In this document: in pieces, positions 1 through 11,348 of the stretch
How the letters are laid out: each line of letters begins with the position of its first letter
How positions within the stretch are numbered: the first letter of the stretch is position 1
Assembly: GCA_020184695.1 (NCBI GenBank)
Contig: JAANOX010000007.1
Location: 62,001-126,000, forward strand
Direction: 5' to 3'
DNA from: Histomonas meleagridis 2922-C6/04-290x
Lineage: Eukaryota > Protista > Parabasalia
DNA: 64,000 nt
Notes under the pieces: model-generated
Databases searched by the model: none
What the model saw: the letters and a program-made list of their open reading frames with translations, nothing else
What the model was told of the DNA's origin: nothing
Position numbers and translations under genes: made by a program

Positions 1-1386
1 TATATACATAAATGCGGCAGTTATTTGAGGTGAAAATTCATCATTATTTTGCATAAATCGTAATAATGACTCAATGATAATAGACAAAAACGCCTTTTCT
101 TCGTTTTCTCCACACACACCTGAGATTGCGCCAATTGAATATATAATTGGTAACATTTGTTCATCATAATTTGGTCCATTAATTTTTTCGACAATAGCAC
201 CTAGAATTTCATCTTTATGTACCCGAAATAGAATTAAAAGAGTTTCGCTCATCTTATCAAAGAGTTCTTTGTCACCATCGTACTCGGGCGGTTTTGACAT
301 GCGACCACATAATGACTGCTGCAGTGGGAACAAGAAACAATTTGAGAAAGGAAGCATTTGTGTGTCACAAATAAATACCTTGGCAAGGTAATGCCACATG
401 TCAACAATTTGGGCAAAAAGTTCTTCATCAACAATTTTTGTATATTCTATCATCCATTGAATTACAGTGTCATTTGGCATCAACGCACATCGATCTAACG
501 TTACAAACTTTATAAGAATGTTTACAAGTGATGGAACTAATTCTTTGTCAATTAACATGGTTGAATCATTAGAAAGTAGACATATAAATTGGTTAAATAG
601 CGTGACAATTAATGGGTTTGCTGTAGCTCTTTCACGTGAAACAATAGATGATAAACATTTAAGAATTGGAATTCGAAAATGTGGATATGGCATAAGATCA
701 CTAAAGAAAAAATCAAATATCTTGTCGTCTTCTACAAATTTAAGATCAACCCATTCGAGATATTGGGATAACGTAATTAATGATTCAATTTTGATTTCTT
801 CCATATTGTTTTCTTGCAAAAAAGCAAATCTAAGAAAGTTATAGATTATTTGAAAATTTTGATATAAGGCCAAAATCAATTGCCTCTTTTTTGAAGCAAT
901 TAATTTGGAATGTCGTATTTGTTCTGAGAAACTTCCAAAAAAGTAAACACAGTTGAGCATAGTCATGGGATTTTCATTAGAAATAGCTATGATATCAGAA
1001 ATAAAAGAAGGCCAGTTTTCAGGCCATTCTTCAAATAGGATTTGAATCAATACACTATCTAGTTGGCGAAGAACTTGAATATTTAACCCTTTTGTTGGCC
1101 ATTCTCGAACCAAATCAAAGTAAAAACTTTTTAATTGTGATTTTTGTTGTTCCGAAAAAAGATTCCATTGTGATTTTATTTTAGACGCAATAGCTGAAAG
1201 GCAGAGGTATTTTGCTTCCTGAGAAGTTGAATCCGTAAATAAAGTGTGAAAAATGTATAATGAATATGGCTGGTCAGATAAGGATTGAATTAATTCGCGT
1301 GATTTTTCAGATTCTAATGTATTTTGATAGAAACATTTAGCTATTTCTTCGAAATCGCTGACTTGGATTGGAATGGTTGAATTCAT
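1..1386 (-). CDS. XPO1: Exportin-1/CRM1-like importin-beta family protein, 5' part (runs off window edge)
   Basis: Hand translation from ATG at 1386 is open for 462 codons to base 1, so it is absent from the ORF track. It contains EEWPENWPSFISDI, RMSKPPEY and IYSIGAISGVCGENEEKAFLSIIIESLL, resembling CRM1 motifs (WP..WP.FI, RMAKPEE, AIGSISGAM.EE.EKRFLV.VIKDLL). Confidence 0.75.
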   Translation of the reverse strand, partial: MNSTIPIQVSDFEEIAKCFYQNTLESEKSRELIQSLSDQPYSLYIFHTLFTDSTSQEAKYLCLSAIASKIKSQWNLFSEQQKSQLKSFYFDLVREWPTKGLNIQVLRQLDSVLIQILFEEWPENWPSFISDIIAISNENPMTMLNCVYFFGSFSEQIRHSKLIASKKRQLILALYQNFQIIYNFLRFAFLQENNMEEIKIESLITLSQYLEWVDLKFVEDDKIFDFFFSDLMPYPHFRIPILKCLSSIVSRERATANPLIVTLFNQFICLLSNDSTMLIDKELVPSLVNILIKFVTLDRCALMPNDTVIQWMIEYTKIVDEELFAQIVDMWHYLAKVFICDTQMLPFSNCFLFPLQQSLCGRMSKPPEYDGDKELFDKMSETLLILFRVHKDEILGAIVEKINGPNYDEQMLPIIYSIGAISGVCGENEEKAFLSIIIESLLRFMQNNDEFSPQITAAFMYI

Positions 1387-2079
1387 TTTTTGGATTACCA
1401 ATTTTGAGTAAAGTATCCATAATTGAACGTAAAAACTTTGAATTAATATTCAATAATTCGATGTTTCAATGTGTCAAAAAAGTGATTATTTAAACGTACG
1501 CCAAACCTAAATGTCACTTTCCCCATCGGTTACATCATTAAAAGAAACAAAAAAATCAATAAAAAAACACATGTTTTTGTGAAACCCTGAAAATGTCATA
1601 TTAAGGTTTTCATTTACGACATGAATGACATTGAGTTTTAGAAATATTTTGAGTCATAACATTCTAATAAGATCAAAGAATACATCATTTTACATTAAAA
1701 TTTAATCAAATGAGAATTGAAATTATTAGATTGATGTAGATATAACGAGGAACAAAATAATAAAATATAAATCTCATGTGTATCAAAGCACCAACGTCAT
1801 GAGTGAGGAGATTTTATACGATCAAAATAGATTCAAAATATTTCTAAATTTGAAACTGAAATTATCGTATTTTTTTTTAAGTAATCCTCCTTGTTTAACA
1901 CATAAATACGATGCCTTTGTCAAAGTAAATTTCAATTTGCTCACTACTTTACTTGTGAAAGCTTCTACAAGTATTTAAATACTGTTTAGTAATTCAACAA
2001 AAGCACTTTTGTTTTCAAAAAGTCAAAATCGGTTTAAAGTGACAATAAATTACGCAATAGTACTTGTTTATTTCTATAA

Positions 2080-2886
2080 CTAATTATCCGAGTTGACGAA
2101 ATTAATCAAGTTTTTAAGGCCTTTGATTGAATTATCATCATAAGAAGTATCTTTTGAGTTTCCTCCTTCAGCTTCAACATCTAAATAAGCATGTGCAAAA
2201 TCAATAAGCTTCACATTCATCGGAGCTTCGTCATCATCACCATCATACACAGCAAGGACAGATGCTGAGTAAAGTCTCATATTAGGAAGAATTGCCTGAG
2301 TTTCTTTCAGCTTTTTGGAAATGTTCTTTATCGCGCGAACGAATTGCGTTCTTCTTTTTCCATTAAGAAAAGTTTTCAAAACATGTGCAAATTTCTTGGC
2401 AGTCATTTGTCTTCCTTCTTTTCTATCCCAATGGTGTACAACTTCTCCATTACGTCGGATGCATATATCTATGCACCTAATTGCATAAGAAGCTGTTGTT
2501 GTATTAAATATATGTGAGAATTGGCGATTTGCCTTTTCTTGAGAAACATCGACTTCAAATGATCGAGTTCCAAGCTTAATATCTGCTATACAAGGCGAAC
2601 TCATGTTTGCGGTTAAATCTTGGAGAATTAACCATTTCTTATCCTCATAAACAGTTGAGCCCAAGAAGATAGGCAAACATTGGCAGAGGGGGGTGTTCTT
2701 AATGTTCTTGTAAAAATACTCTTCGCGAGGTATGAGTGGCTTTGCCATGGAGGCGATTGGGCCATAAACTTTTTTAAATTTACCATGCCCACCTCCTTGG
2801 TTATTCAACACACCTTGAAACTGGTAATCTTGTTTTATACTTTTACTTTTGTTCAAAGGGCTCGAAGTTGTTGAAACACAATCCAT
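2080..2886 (-). CDS. Inositol polyphosphate kinase (IPK family, IPMK/IP6K-like)
   Basis: LQDLT..PCIADIKLGTRSF (PxxxDxKxG), SASVL (SSLL-like) and KLIDFAH motifs. Confidence 0.9.
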   Translation of the reverse strand: MDCVSTTSSPLNKSKSIKQDYQFQGVLNNQGGGHGKFKKVYGPIASMAKPLIPREEYFYKNIKNTPLCQCLPIFLGSTVYEDKKWLILQDLTANMSSPCIADIKLGTRSFEVDVSQEKANRQFSHIFNTTTASYAIRCIDICIRRNGEVVHHWDRKEGRQMTAKKFAHVLKTFLNGKRRTQFVRAIKNISKKLKETQAILPNMRLYSASVLAVYDGDDDEAPMNVKLIDFAHAYLDVEAEGGNSKDTSYDDNSIKGLKNLINFVNSDN

Positions 2887-3580
2887 AAAATGGAATTTGA
2901 GTTCAACTTTTTTTCAATATGCTTGACCATCTAACTTATCTCAAAATTTGAGAGTCATAAAATGTTTTAAAAATGAAACGATATGTAAATGGAACAGTTT
3001 TATTTCATTATCATATTGTTCAACTCAAATTAATTTGCTTAAACATCTTATTAATTTTTATTGTACTATATAAATACAAAGTATCATCAAATATAATATA
3101 TGTTATTCTTTGAAAATTGGCTTTTTTTCAAATTTGCCAAAAATTCGAAAATTATCTTAAATTGAAATTTTGAATGTCCCAGAAAATTTGAGTGCAAAAA
3201 GCAACAAAGCCGTACGTTAACTATGGACTTCTTGCATTGGACCAAAACTACCAATTTATTGATCACGAACTAACAAACCTCATTGTCCCCAACAAGCTCT
3301 TCTTCTTGCACAAAAGCAATTCAAACATATGTTTATTTGACACAATTCAATCCAACATTGTTTTCTATTTTTTTAAAGTAAATTTCAGAAGAAACCCCAT
3401 CTTCACAAAGAAAGAGCGTTAATTGGTGTCTTCGAGAGTTGTCATTATTAAAAAAGAGTATTCGAGATATCTTTCAAATCAAAAACTTTTTTCTCCATTT
3501 TATATCAAGCATATTAGCACTACAAAATAAAAAAAATCATCAATTATATTTTTACAAACAATTTCATTTTTTTAAATTTT

Positions 3581-4351
3581 TTAACATTCACTTTTACCCA
3601 ACATTTCTTCAATTTCATGTGTTTGCTTTCTGTACTCTTCGACATGTTCTTTCTTCGTTTGTATTTCTTGCTCCAGTGATGAAATTTGTACGTATTCAGC
3701 ATTAAGCTGCTGTAACAAATATTTAACATCGTTTAGTTTTTTGTTTGAGTCTTCTTTTTTCAACTCTTCTCTCTTCGATAAAAATTTTAGTTCATTTTGT
3801 TTCCTTTTGATTTGATTTTCAGAAATTAACATCTTTTCTTTGCAAGCGCTAATATCTTTTTGAAGGGATTCGATTTTTGCATCTGTTTTTTGCTTTTTTT
3901 CATTAATATCTTGTAATCGATTTTGAATGCTTATAAGTTGACTAATGATTTCTTTGCCCGAGTAACTTTGTTTATTTGATTTGTAAATCGCCGAAAGAAG
4001 TTGAGGCTTCATTGATAATAATTGAGGGTATTGTTGAGAATATGATGTGAAATTTGTTGTAATTTCAGAAAGAATTTGAGGGAATTTAGACATGGACATT
4101 GATAAAAATGAAATTTGAAGAGAAACATCATTAGTTTGAAGAATTTGAATTTCTAGCTTTGAAAGGATTTCAGGACATTGCCATTCTTCGATGATCTGAA
4201 TTAGCGCTGGATCAGCAGATTTATTGGTAAGGTGGAGAGGCTGTGATTGACATAAATCTAAAAACATGGAAAAAATTTCTTCAGAATAATTATCAAAAAT
4301 TGGCGAATCCATTCCAAATCGTTCTCTTGCTCTTGTAGATATTGAACTCAT
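3581..4351 (-). CDS. Hypothetical coiled-coil protein
   Basis: Open frame from the likely ATG at 4351 (MSSISTRARE); K/E/Q-rich heptad-like C-terminal half. Confidence 0.65.
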   Translation of the reverse strand: MSSISTRARERFGMDSPIFDNYSEEIFSMFLDLCQSQPLHLTNKSADPALIQIIEEWQCPEILSKLEIQILQTNDVSLQISFLSMSMSKFPQILSEITTNFTSYSQQYPQLLSMKPQLLSAIYKSNKQSYSGKEIISQLISIQNRLQDINEKKQKTDAKIESLQKDISACKEKMLISENQIKRKQNELKFLSKREELKKEDSNKKLNDVKYLLQQLNAEYVQISSLEQEIQTKKEHVEEYRKQTHEIEEMLGKSEC

Positions 4352-4443
4352 TTTTTCTAGGTTTATGGTGTATTTATGATTATTATGATTTATTTGTTTT
4401 ATTTTCATTTTTTGGAGCAATTAACGTATTCTTGGCAACAAAG

Positions 4444-6363
4444 ATGGAGGAAAACGTATCTGAAGCCAGGAAAATAAGCTTAAAATATTACGATGATTTT
4501 TTATCTGAAATTCATGCATGCATGAAACAGGCTGATTTAATTTTACAAAATTCAAGATTAAATGCAGAATCAAAAGCCTCAACAGAACAAAATAAACAAA
4601 CAACACCAAAACCACGCAAAAGGTCACACATCCCTTCTCCATCACCACAATCAAAATCAATAAGTATGAATTCAAAAGTTTCAAATTCAAATTCTCGTGG
4701 AAAAGTTTCAACTTTTGACACAATTACACCAAAGAGTAATATTCCCAAAACGCCTACTTCCAAATCTCGACAACGTACATCTCTAATTTCACGTAAATCC
4801 AAAGATCCACCAAAGGAAACTCTAAAAAAAGTTGATTCCGAAACCAAGCGAGCGCGTTGCCAATCCCCACCAAGTTCTCCAAGGAAGTCAACCAATAACT
4901 CAACATATAAAACATTAATTCCTGTTCTTTCATCAGAACGGAGATCAAGTTCAGCTCGTTCTGGTGCCAGATCAGTACGTAGTAGCTTCAGGAGCAAGAA
5001 CATTGAGGATAAAAATTCAACAACAAATAATTTAAGAAAAAGTATAAATCAAAATGAAGAAAATGAATCAAAAATTATCACGACAAAAGAACGTCAGAAA
5101 TTGATAAAGAAAGAAGAGACATCAAATAATAGAATTGTTAGGAAGAAATTCGAAGAATTTTCACCGAAACAAGTGAACGCAAATCGAACAATGAAGAAAG
5201 AAACAGAAGAAACAATGAACAAACAAGAACAAAGAATTAACAAAACAACAAAAGCAAAGGCAGAAGAAATGCCAAGTAAACAAGATAAAGCGCAAATAAT
5301 AAAAAAGGAAACACAAGAAAAATTAAATAAAGATGAACAAAAGACAAATAAACAAAAAACAGAACGAAAAGATGAATGGACAACAATCAAAGATATCTCT
5401 AATAATAACTCAAAAATCAAAAAAGAAAATAAGCAAAATGATGATAAAGATGAATGGGTATCGATTAAAGATATCTCTAATAATAACGCAAAAACCAAAA
5501 AAGAAAACAAGCAGAATGAAGATAAAGATGAATGGGTATCAACGAAAGATATCGCTAAAATTGGTACAAAAAATAATAAAGAAAAAATAAAAGAAAGCAA
5601 ACAAAATGAAGACAAAGATGAATGGGTATCAATCAAAGATATCTCCAACACTAATGGAAAAGCCAAAAAAGAAAATAAACAAAATAATGATAAAGATGAA
5701 CAAAAGACAAACAAAATACCAAAAACAGAACGAAAAGATGAATGGGTATCGATTAAAGATGACTCTAATACAAATGGAAAAGCCAAATTAGAAAGTAAAC
5801 AGAATGAAGATAAGGATGAATGGGTATCAATCAATGATATCTTTAACACTAATGGAAAAGTCAAAAAAGAAAACAAACAGAATGAAGATAAGGATGAATG
5901 GGTTTCGATTAAAAATATTTCTAATGATAATGGAAAGACCGAAAAAGAAAACAAACAGAATGAAGATAAGGATGAATGGGTATCAATCAATGATATCTCT
6001 AACACAAATGGAAAAGCCAAATTAGAAAGTAAACAGAATGAAGATAAGGATGAATGGGTTTCGATTAAAAATATTTCTAATAATAATGCAAAAATCAAAT
6101 TAGAAAATAAACAGAATGAAGATAAGGATGAATGGGTTTCGATTAAAAATATTTCTAATGATAATGCAAAAATCAAATTAGAAAATAAACAAAATGAAGG
6201 CAAAGATGAATGGGTTTCGATTAAGAAGGAATCAGCACCAGCGAAAGTGTCCGCTGCTCGTGTACATCACAACTTTGAGGATAAGGAAATGCCAAAGATG
6301 CCAAGGTGCCTCAGGAACCCGCCAAAAGACCGCAATGTGGCAACTAAAACTGAAACAAGCTAA
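4444..6363 (+). CDS. Disordered protein with Ser/Arg-rich N-terminus and tandem DKDEWVSI repeats
   Basis: Long ORF with likely start MEENVSE at 4444; low-complexity composition; the repeat frame is maintained. Confidence 0.8.
   Translation: MEENVSEARKISLKYYDDFLSEIHACMKQADLILQNSRLNAESKASTEQNKQTTPKPRKRSHIPSPSPQSKSISMNSKVSNSNSRGKVSTFDTITPKSNIPKTPTSKSRQRTSLISRKSKDPPKETLKKVDSETKRARCQSPPSSPRKSTNNSTYKTLIPVLSSERRSSSARSGARSVRSSFRSKNIEDKNSTTNNLRKSINQNEENESKIITTKERQKLIKKEETSNNRIVRKKFEEFSPKQVNANRTMKKETEETMNKQEQRINKTTKAKAEEMPSKQDKAQIIKKETQEKLNKDEQKTNKQKTERKDEWTTIKDISNNNSKIKKENKQNDDKDEWVSIKDISNNNAKTKKENKQNEDKDEWVSTKDIAKIGTKNNKEKIKESKQNEDKDEWVSIKDISNTNGKAKKENKQNNDKDEQKTNKIPKTERKDEWVSIKDDSNTNGKAKLESKQNEDKDEWVSINDIFNTNGKVKKENKQNEDKDEWVSIKNISNDNGKTEKENKQNEDKDEWVSINDISNTNGKAKLESKQNEDKDEWVSIKNISNNNAKIKLENKQNEDKDEWVSIKNISNDNAKIKLENKQNEGKDEWVSIKKESAPAKVSAARVHHNFEDKEMPKMPRCLRNPPKDRNVATKTETS
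5341..6225 (+). repeat. Coding tandem repeat, about 78-nt (26-aa) unit, 11 DEW-containing copies
   Basis: Consensus ENKQNEDKDEWVSIKDISNNNGKAKK; units 5740-6225 are near identical at nucleotide level. Confidence 0.9.
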
Positions 6364-6524
6364 ATCATTAAACATGTTTTTAAGTAAATTTCAAAATATT
6401 TACATTCTATGCATAAGCTTTAATCCTATTTCCAAATATTTGGTACAATTTTAATGAGATTAATATCTTTGAATTAATGTCACTTTCGAACTTTTTTAAG
6501 TAATTTGTTGTCAAATCTTTATTA

Positions 6525-9500
6525 ATGGGAAATCGATCTAGTAAACCAAATGTTCCAAATGAGCATGATACAACATTACCAATTAACCCTTTCTCAAGCA
6601 AGTGGATGCAGAATTTACAAATGCTTGAAGAAATTATTTTAAACTTGAATGAAGAAAACTTTTTTAAATCAATTCATGAAATAACTAATTACCTTGGAGA
6701 TAATTTTTTAGATTTTGAAGACCTCAGTCTCAGTAGATTTATTTATTCTGCATTTCTTTCACAAATGAAAGATGTGAATTTATGTTTGAATTTAATCAAA
6801 GAACTTAATATAATAATTACATTTACACATTATCTTCTCAATTTGTATTCTCATGAATCTTTTTTTCTTCTTGAGATGATGATCAAATCAAATTTAATAT
6901 CTGTGGATTTATTAAAAAATACTGAAACATTATATTTTGCACATTATTCATTAGAAGCAAAAATTAAAATGTTACTAAAAAAAGATCAATATTTCTTAAA
7001 TAACTTAAAAAGAATGATTGGGAACTTCATAAGAAATATATTGAAGAAGGACATAATCCAAATGAAATTGCAAAAATAATTCGAAATGATGAAATTGAAA
7101 AACTTCAAGAAATATCATCACAAAATGAATTTAATTTTAATCAAAGAATTAAACCATCACTTTATGAAAGATGTTCATTTATTAATAAAAACAATGTTAC
7201 ACTAATTGATTATGCAGCATTTTTTTCTGCTATCAAATGTTTTAAATATTTGCTTATGAATGGTGCAGATGTGGAAAACACAGGTAAATATGCAATTGCA
7301 GGTGGAAACATTGAAATTGTTCATTTATGTGAACAAAATCATTCATCATTTAAAGATGCATATGAAACAGCGATTGAATTTTATCGCAATGATATATTTT
7401 ATTATCTTTATGAAAACAAAATTGGAGAATATGATAAGGTACATACTAGCATGTTTTTACTTTCAAATAATGAAGCATTTAACATCAACTTGCTTAAATT
7501 TATATTCGAACTAGAAGGAATTGACATAAATGAGAAAGATGTTTACTTTAAATATTTGGTAATTCTTTATATTATTTGAAATAATACTCATTCATGCATC
7601 TGAAAAAGGTCAATTAGAAATAGTGAAATTGCTTCTTGAATATCTTCTAAAGCAAAAAGTAATTGATATCAATGCTGTAAACATTAATTTATTTTATTTA
7701 AAATTTGTTTTAATAATTTTTTATTTTAAAATAATATTTGGAAATTATTTAAATTATTTAGAACAGCACTTATGTTGACATCTAAAAATGGTCATTTAGA
7801 AATAGTTAAATTGCTTCTTGAACAGGAAGGAATTGATATCAACTTTAAATATGTATATATACTTTATTTAAAATTTATTTTATTAAAATAATATTTCAAA
7901 ATAATATTGGGATTATATTTAAATTATGCGATACAGCACTTATGTTAGCATCTGCAAATGGTAAAGAAGAAATAGTTAAATTACTTCTTGAACAAGAAGG
8001 AATTGATGTTAATCATATTGATATTTTGTCATATTTAGAATGTATTTTATTAATTTAACATTTTAATATAATATTTGGAAAATATTTAACATATTTAAAA
8101 CAGCGCTTGTGTTTGCATCTGAAAAAGGTTATACAGAAATAGTCAGTTTGCTTCTTGAATATAAAGGAATTGATGTTAATCATATGGATATTTTGTTATA
8201 TTTGGAATTTATTTTATTGATTCAATAATTAAAAATAATATTTGGAAACTATTTGAAATATTTTGGACAGCACTTTTTAAAGCATCTGAAAATGGTCACG
8301 TAGAAATAGTTAAATTACTTCTTGAACATAAAGAAATTGATGTTAATAATATAGACATTTATATGTTTTATTTGAAATTTATTTTATTAATTTGGAATTT
8401 CAAAATAATATTTATAAATTATTTAAATTATTTGAAAAAGCACTTATGATTGCAACTGAAAAAGGATATATAGATACAGTTAAATTTTTTCTTGAACAAG
8501 AAGGAATTGACATTAATGCCGAAGATATTTGTTATTTTTATTTAGAATTTATTTTAATAATTTGATATTTAAAAATAATACATGGTAATTTTTAAAATTA
8601 TATAACAATGCACTTGTGTCAGCATCTGAAAAAGGTTATACAGAAATAGTTAAATTACTTCTTGAACATAAAAGAGTTGATGCTAATTGTGGGGATATTT
8701 TGTTAATTGGTTTAATATTTAAAAATAATATTTAAAAATTATTTAAATTATTTGGAAAAGCTCTTTTGATTGCAATTGAAAATGGTCATACAGAAATTGC
8801 TAAGTTACTATTTGAACCAGAAAGAATTAATACTCGATTTATATATATATAATAAATATTTATTCAATTCATTAAATGTTGTTTTCTTGAAATTTTATGT
8901 TTCCAATTTATATCTGAAAATTCAATAAAATATTTAATACATTACTCATTATAGCATCTATGAATGGTAATATTGAAATAGTTAAATTACTTATTGAACA
9001 AAAAGGAATTGATGTTAATGTTAAAAATATTTTAATGTTTTATTCATAGTTTATATTATTTATTATATATTTAATAATATTTTTTGGGAGTTTTTTAAAT
9101 AATTTCGAACAGCACTTATTTTTGCAGCACAAAATGGTCATATAGAAATTGTTAAATTGCTTTTGAAACAAGAAGGTATTGATACTAATATTAAAGATAA
9201 AAATTATTCACTTAATATGATATTTCATTATAAAATATGGAATATATTATTATTATTTGATACAGCACTTATGAGAGCAACATCAAAAAATCATATAGAA
9301 ATAGTCAAATTACTTCTTAAACAAAAAGGAATTGATATTAATGCGAGAGATAATATTTCTTGGAATAATTTAATATTTTACTATTATATATGGAAATTAT
9401 TTTAAATATTTAAAACAGCACTTATAAGTGCAACAGAAAAAGGTTATTTAGAAATTGTTAAATTACTTCTTGAACAAGAAAGTATTGATATCAGTGCTAT

Positions 9501-9803
9501 AGATAATGTTTCTTGAAATAATTTAGTGTTATAATATACTATTTGGAAATTATTTGAATTATTTAAGACAGCACTTATTTGGGCATCTCAAAATGGTCGC
9601 ACAGAAATCGTTAAATTACTTCGTGAACAAGAAGGATTTGATATTAATGCGAAAGATACATATTTGTTCTATCTAATACATGTTTTAATAATTTGGTATT
9701 TCATAAAGATATTTGGAAATTATTAATATTGTATAATACAACATCTTTGATTAAACATGATACTGAAGTTGTTAAGATGCTTAATTCAAAAACAGAAAAG
9801 TAA
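6525..9803 (+). CDS. DUF3447-ankyrin repeat gene, locus A (14 ankyrin modules interrupted by 17-nt elements)
   Basis: DUF3447-type core (NDWELHKKYIEEGHNPNE...YAAFF..IKCFKYL...AIAGGNIEIV). One base is missing in an A-run at about 7010 (NLKKNDW restores the frame). Modules start at 7581, 7763, 7933, 8100, 8267, 8437, 8607, 8757, 8939, 9109, 9262, 9415, 9568 and 9738; terminal TAA at 9801-9803. The module at 8757 has two TAA in an AT-microsatellite tail. Confidence 0.75.
7541..9803 (+). repeat. Ankyrin module array with [17-nt element + 1 codon] spacers (locus A)
   Basis: Module periods 182,170,167,167,170,170,150,182,170,153,153,153,170 nt; spacers resolve into 20-nt blocks. Confidence 0.9.
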
Positions 9804-10769
9804 AACTGTCAGCAAAATATAATGTGGTTACTAGGAAATTATTTACATCATAAAAATGCGGGGAGATATATTTAAAAAGTTTTAATAAAAATTATATGAA
9901 ATGTTTTCTTATGTTTCTTTTTAAATTGTATAATGCATGTAAATACTAAATTGCTAATTTGCTTTGTTCATGATTATAATAGATATGTAACAATAAACTT
10001 TACTTAAAATCATGTAAATAATATCTGTATCAGAAATGGATAAAATTTTATATTTTAAGGAAATAGTCATTTCTTCAATTTTCAAATAAAGTATAGTAAA
10101 TATCAAAAATATCTCTAATGTTTTTCCATATAACTCCAACCAAAGAGAATTCAATAAAAAGATGAGGATATTGAAATTTTGATACACTTATTACAGTTTC
10201 GGATAAGATAATGACTGCATTAAAAATTTAAAGATTGTAATTTTAATATATAGAAATTTAAACTTATCCAAAGTTATTTAAATATCATAACAATTTTATA
10301 CATTTGGTAACATCAATCATTTCTTGTAAAAACCCAAGAAATAGAGTCAGCACAAAAAATGTACCGCAGCCAAATAAACTCAGAAAAACTTACAAAACAC
10401 GCACATAAACTCTCAAATTTTGTTTGCTCTTTAACGGTTTTATATTTATGGGCTTACAACAGAAATTGTACTTTTATTTCAATTTTCTTAACTTATCTGC
10501 CTGAGGCCCAGAGTAAAATTTTAGCATTGAAAAATTAAGGAACGTCTAATAGAATTTTCAATGAAATGATAAAAGTTTTTCAATGGAAACGATATTTCTT
10601 ATTGAATTATGGATGTGGATAAAAAAACAAAATCATCGAGAGCCCATGACTCTTTCATCAGATTGGAAATGAATAAAAAGATACACAAATCAAGCACCTT
10701 GGTTTATTTATTTTTTATATGTATATGGTTTAATATTTCTTGAATGAATAAATAATAATAATAATAAAA

Positions 10770-11348
10770 CTAGTTTACATTTTCTAATAATTTTCGCAAT
10801 TGATCTGACTTGAAATCAATCTTATCTGCTAATTGTGGGAATATAATTCGTGGAGGCTTTGGCTGTTCAGGTTGTTGTTCATTTGACTCCTGCACTCCTT
10901 TTAACGCAAAGCTGTTTTCAGTATTAATAGGCTCAGTAACGAGTGTTTCTGGGTGAATACCGTTTCCGCAATTAATTGCATGATATAAACTTATTACATA
11001 ACCTGAATGCCTATTTATCCATGTCCATCTATTCTTTATAGCATTAACTGACCTTCCAGCAAAGAACTTTGATATTGTGGACCACTTATGTCCATAGATA
11101 TTAGATAATTTAACAAGCAATAAATCTTCTTGAAAATTCCAATCATTTTTGTTGATACCTGGAGTTATTTGATTTACCCACCTTTCTCTACATTGTTTTC
11201 CATTTCGATTTGGGAGTTCTTCTGCAATACGTTTCCAATTTGTTGGTCCATACTTCTGTACACTTTTCCGAAGTAAGTTGTCTTCTTCTTCAGTCCATCT
11301 TACTTTCTGTGGCTCGCGATTTCTTTTTTCTTTAAACATGGCTGACAT
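10770..11348 (-). CDS. R2R3 Myb-like DNA-binding protein
   Basis: WTEEEDNLL...YGPTNWKRIAEELPNRNGKQCRERW and WNFQEDLLL...YGHKWSTISKFFAGRSVNAIKNRW. Confidence 0.95.
   Translation of the reverse strand: MSAMFKEKRNREPQKVRWTEEEDNLLRKSVQKYGPTNWKRIAEELPNRNGKQCRERWVNQITPGINKNDWNFQEDLLLVKLSNIYGHKWSTISKFFAGRSVNAIKNRWTWINRHSGYVISLYHAINCGNGIHPETLVTEPINTENSFALKGVQESNEQQPEQPKPPRIIFPQLADKIDFKSDQLRKLLENVN

Noticed and set aside
5094-6203. 369-aa antisense ORF and other shadow ORFs (e.g. 4512-5003, 16972-17367, 39746-40060, 40714-41076)
   Set aside because: They are antisense or alternate-frame shadows of real genes and repeats, with no independent motifs.
7671-8606. Programmed -1 frameshift or matched-codon hop translating through the spacer
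   Set aside because: The downstream frame contains TAA in several spacers (e.g. those after modules 7581, 7933 and 8437), and the retained codons are too variable to provide matched take-off/landing codons as in T4 gene 60.
7581-9803. CRISPR-like repeat-spacer array
   Set aside because: Eukaryotic context, no cas genes; the constant part is ankyrin coding sequence and the spacers are homologous to each other.
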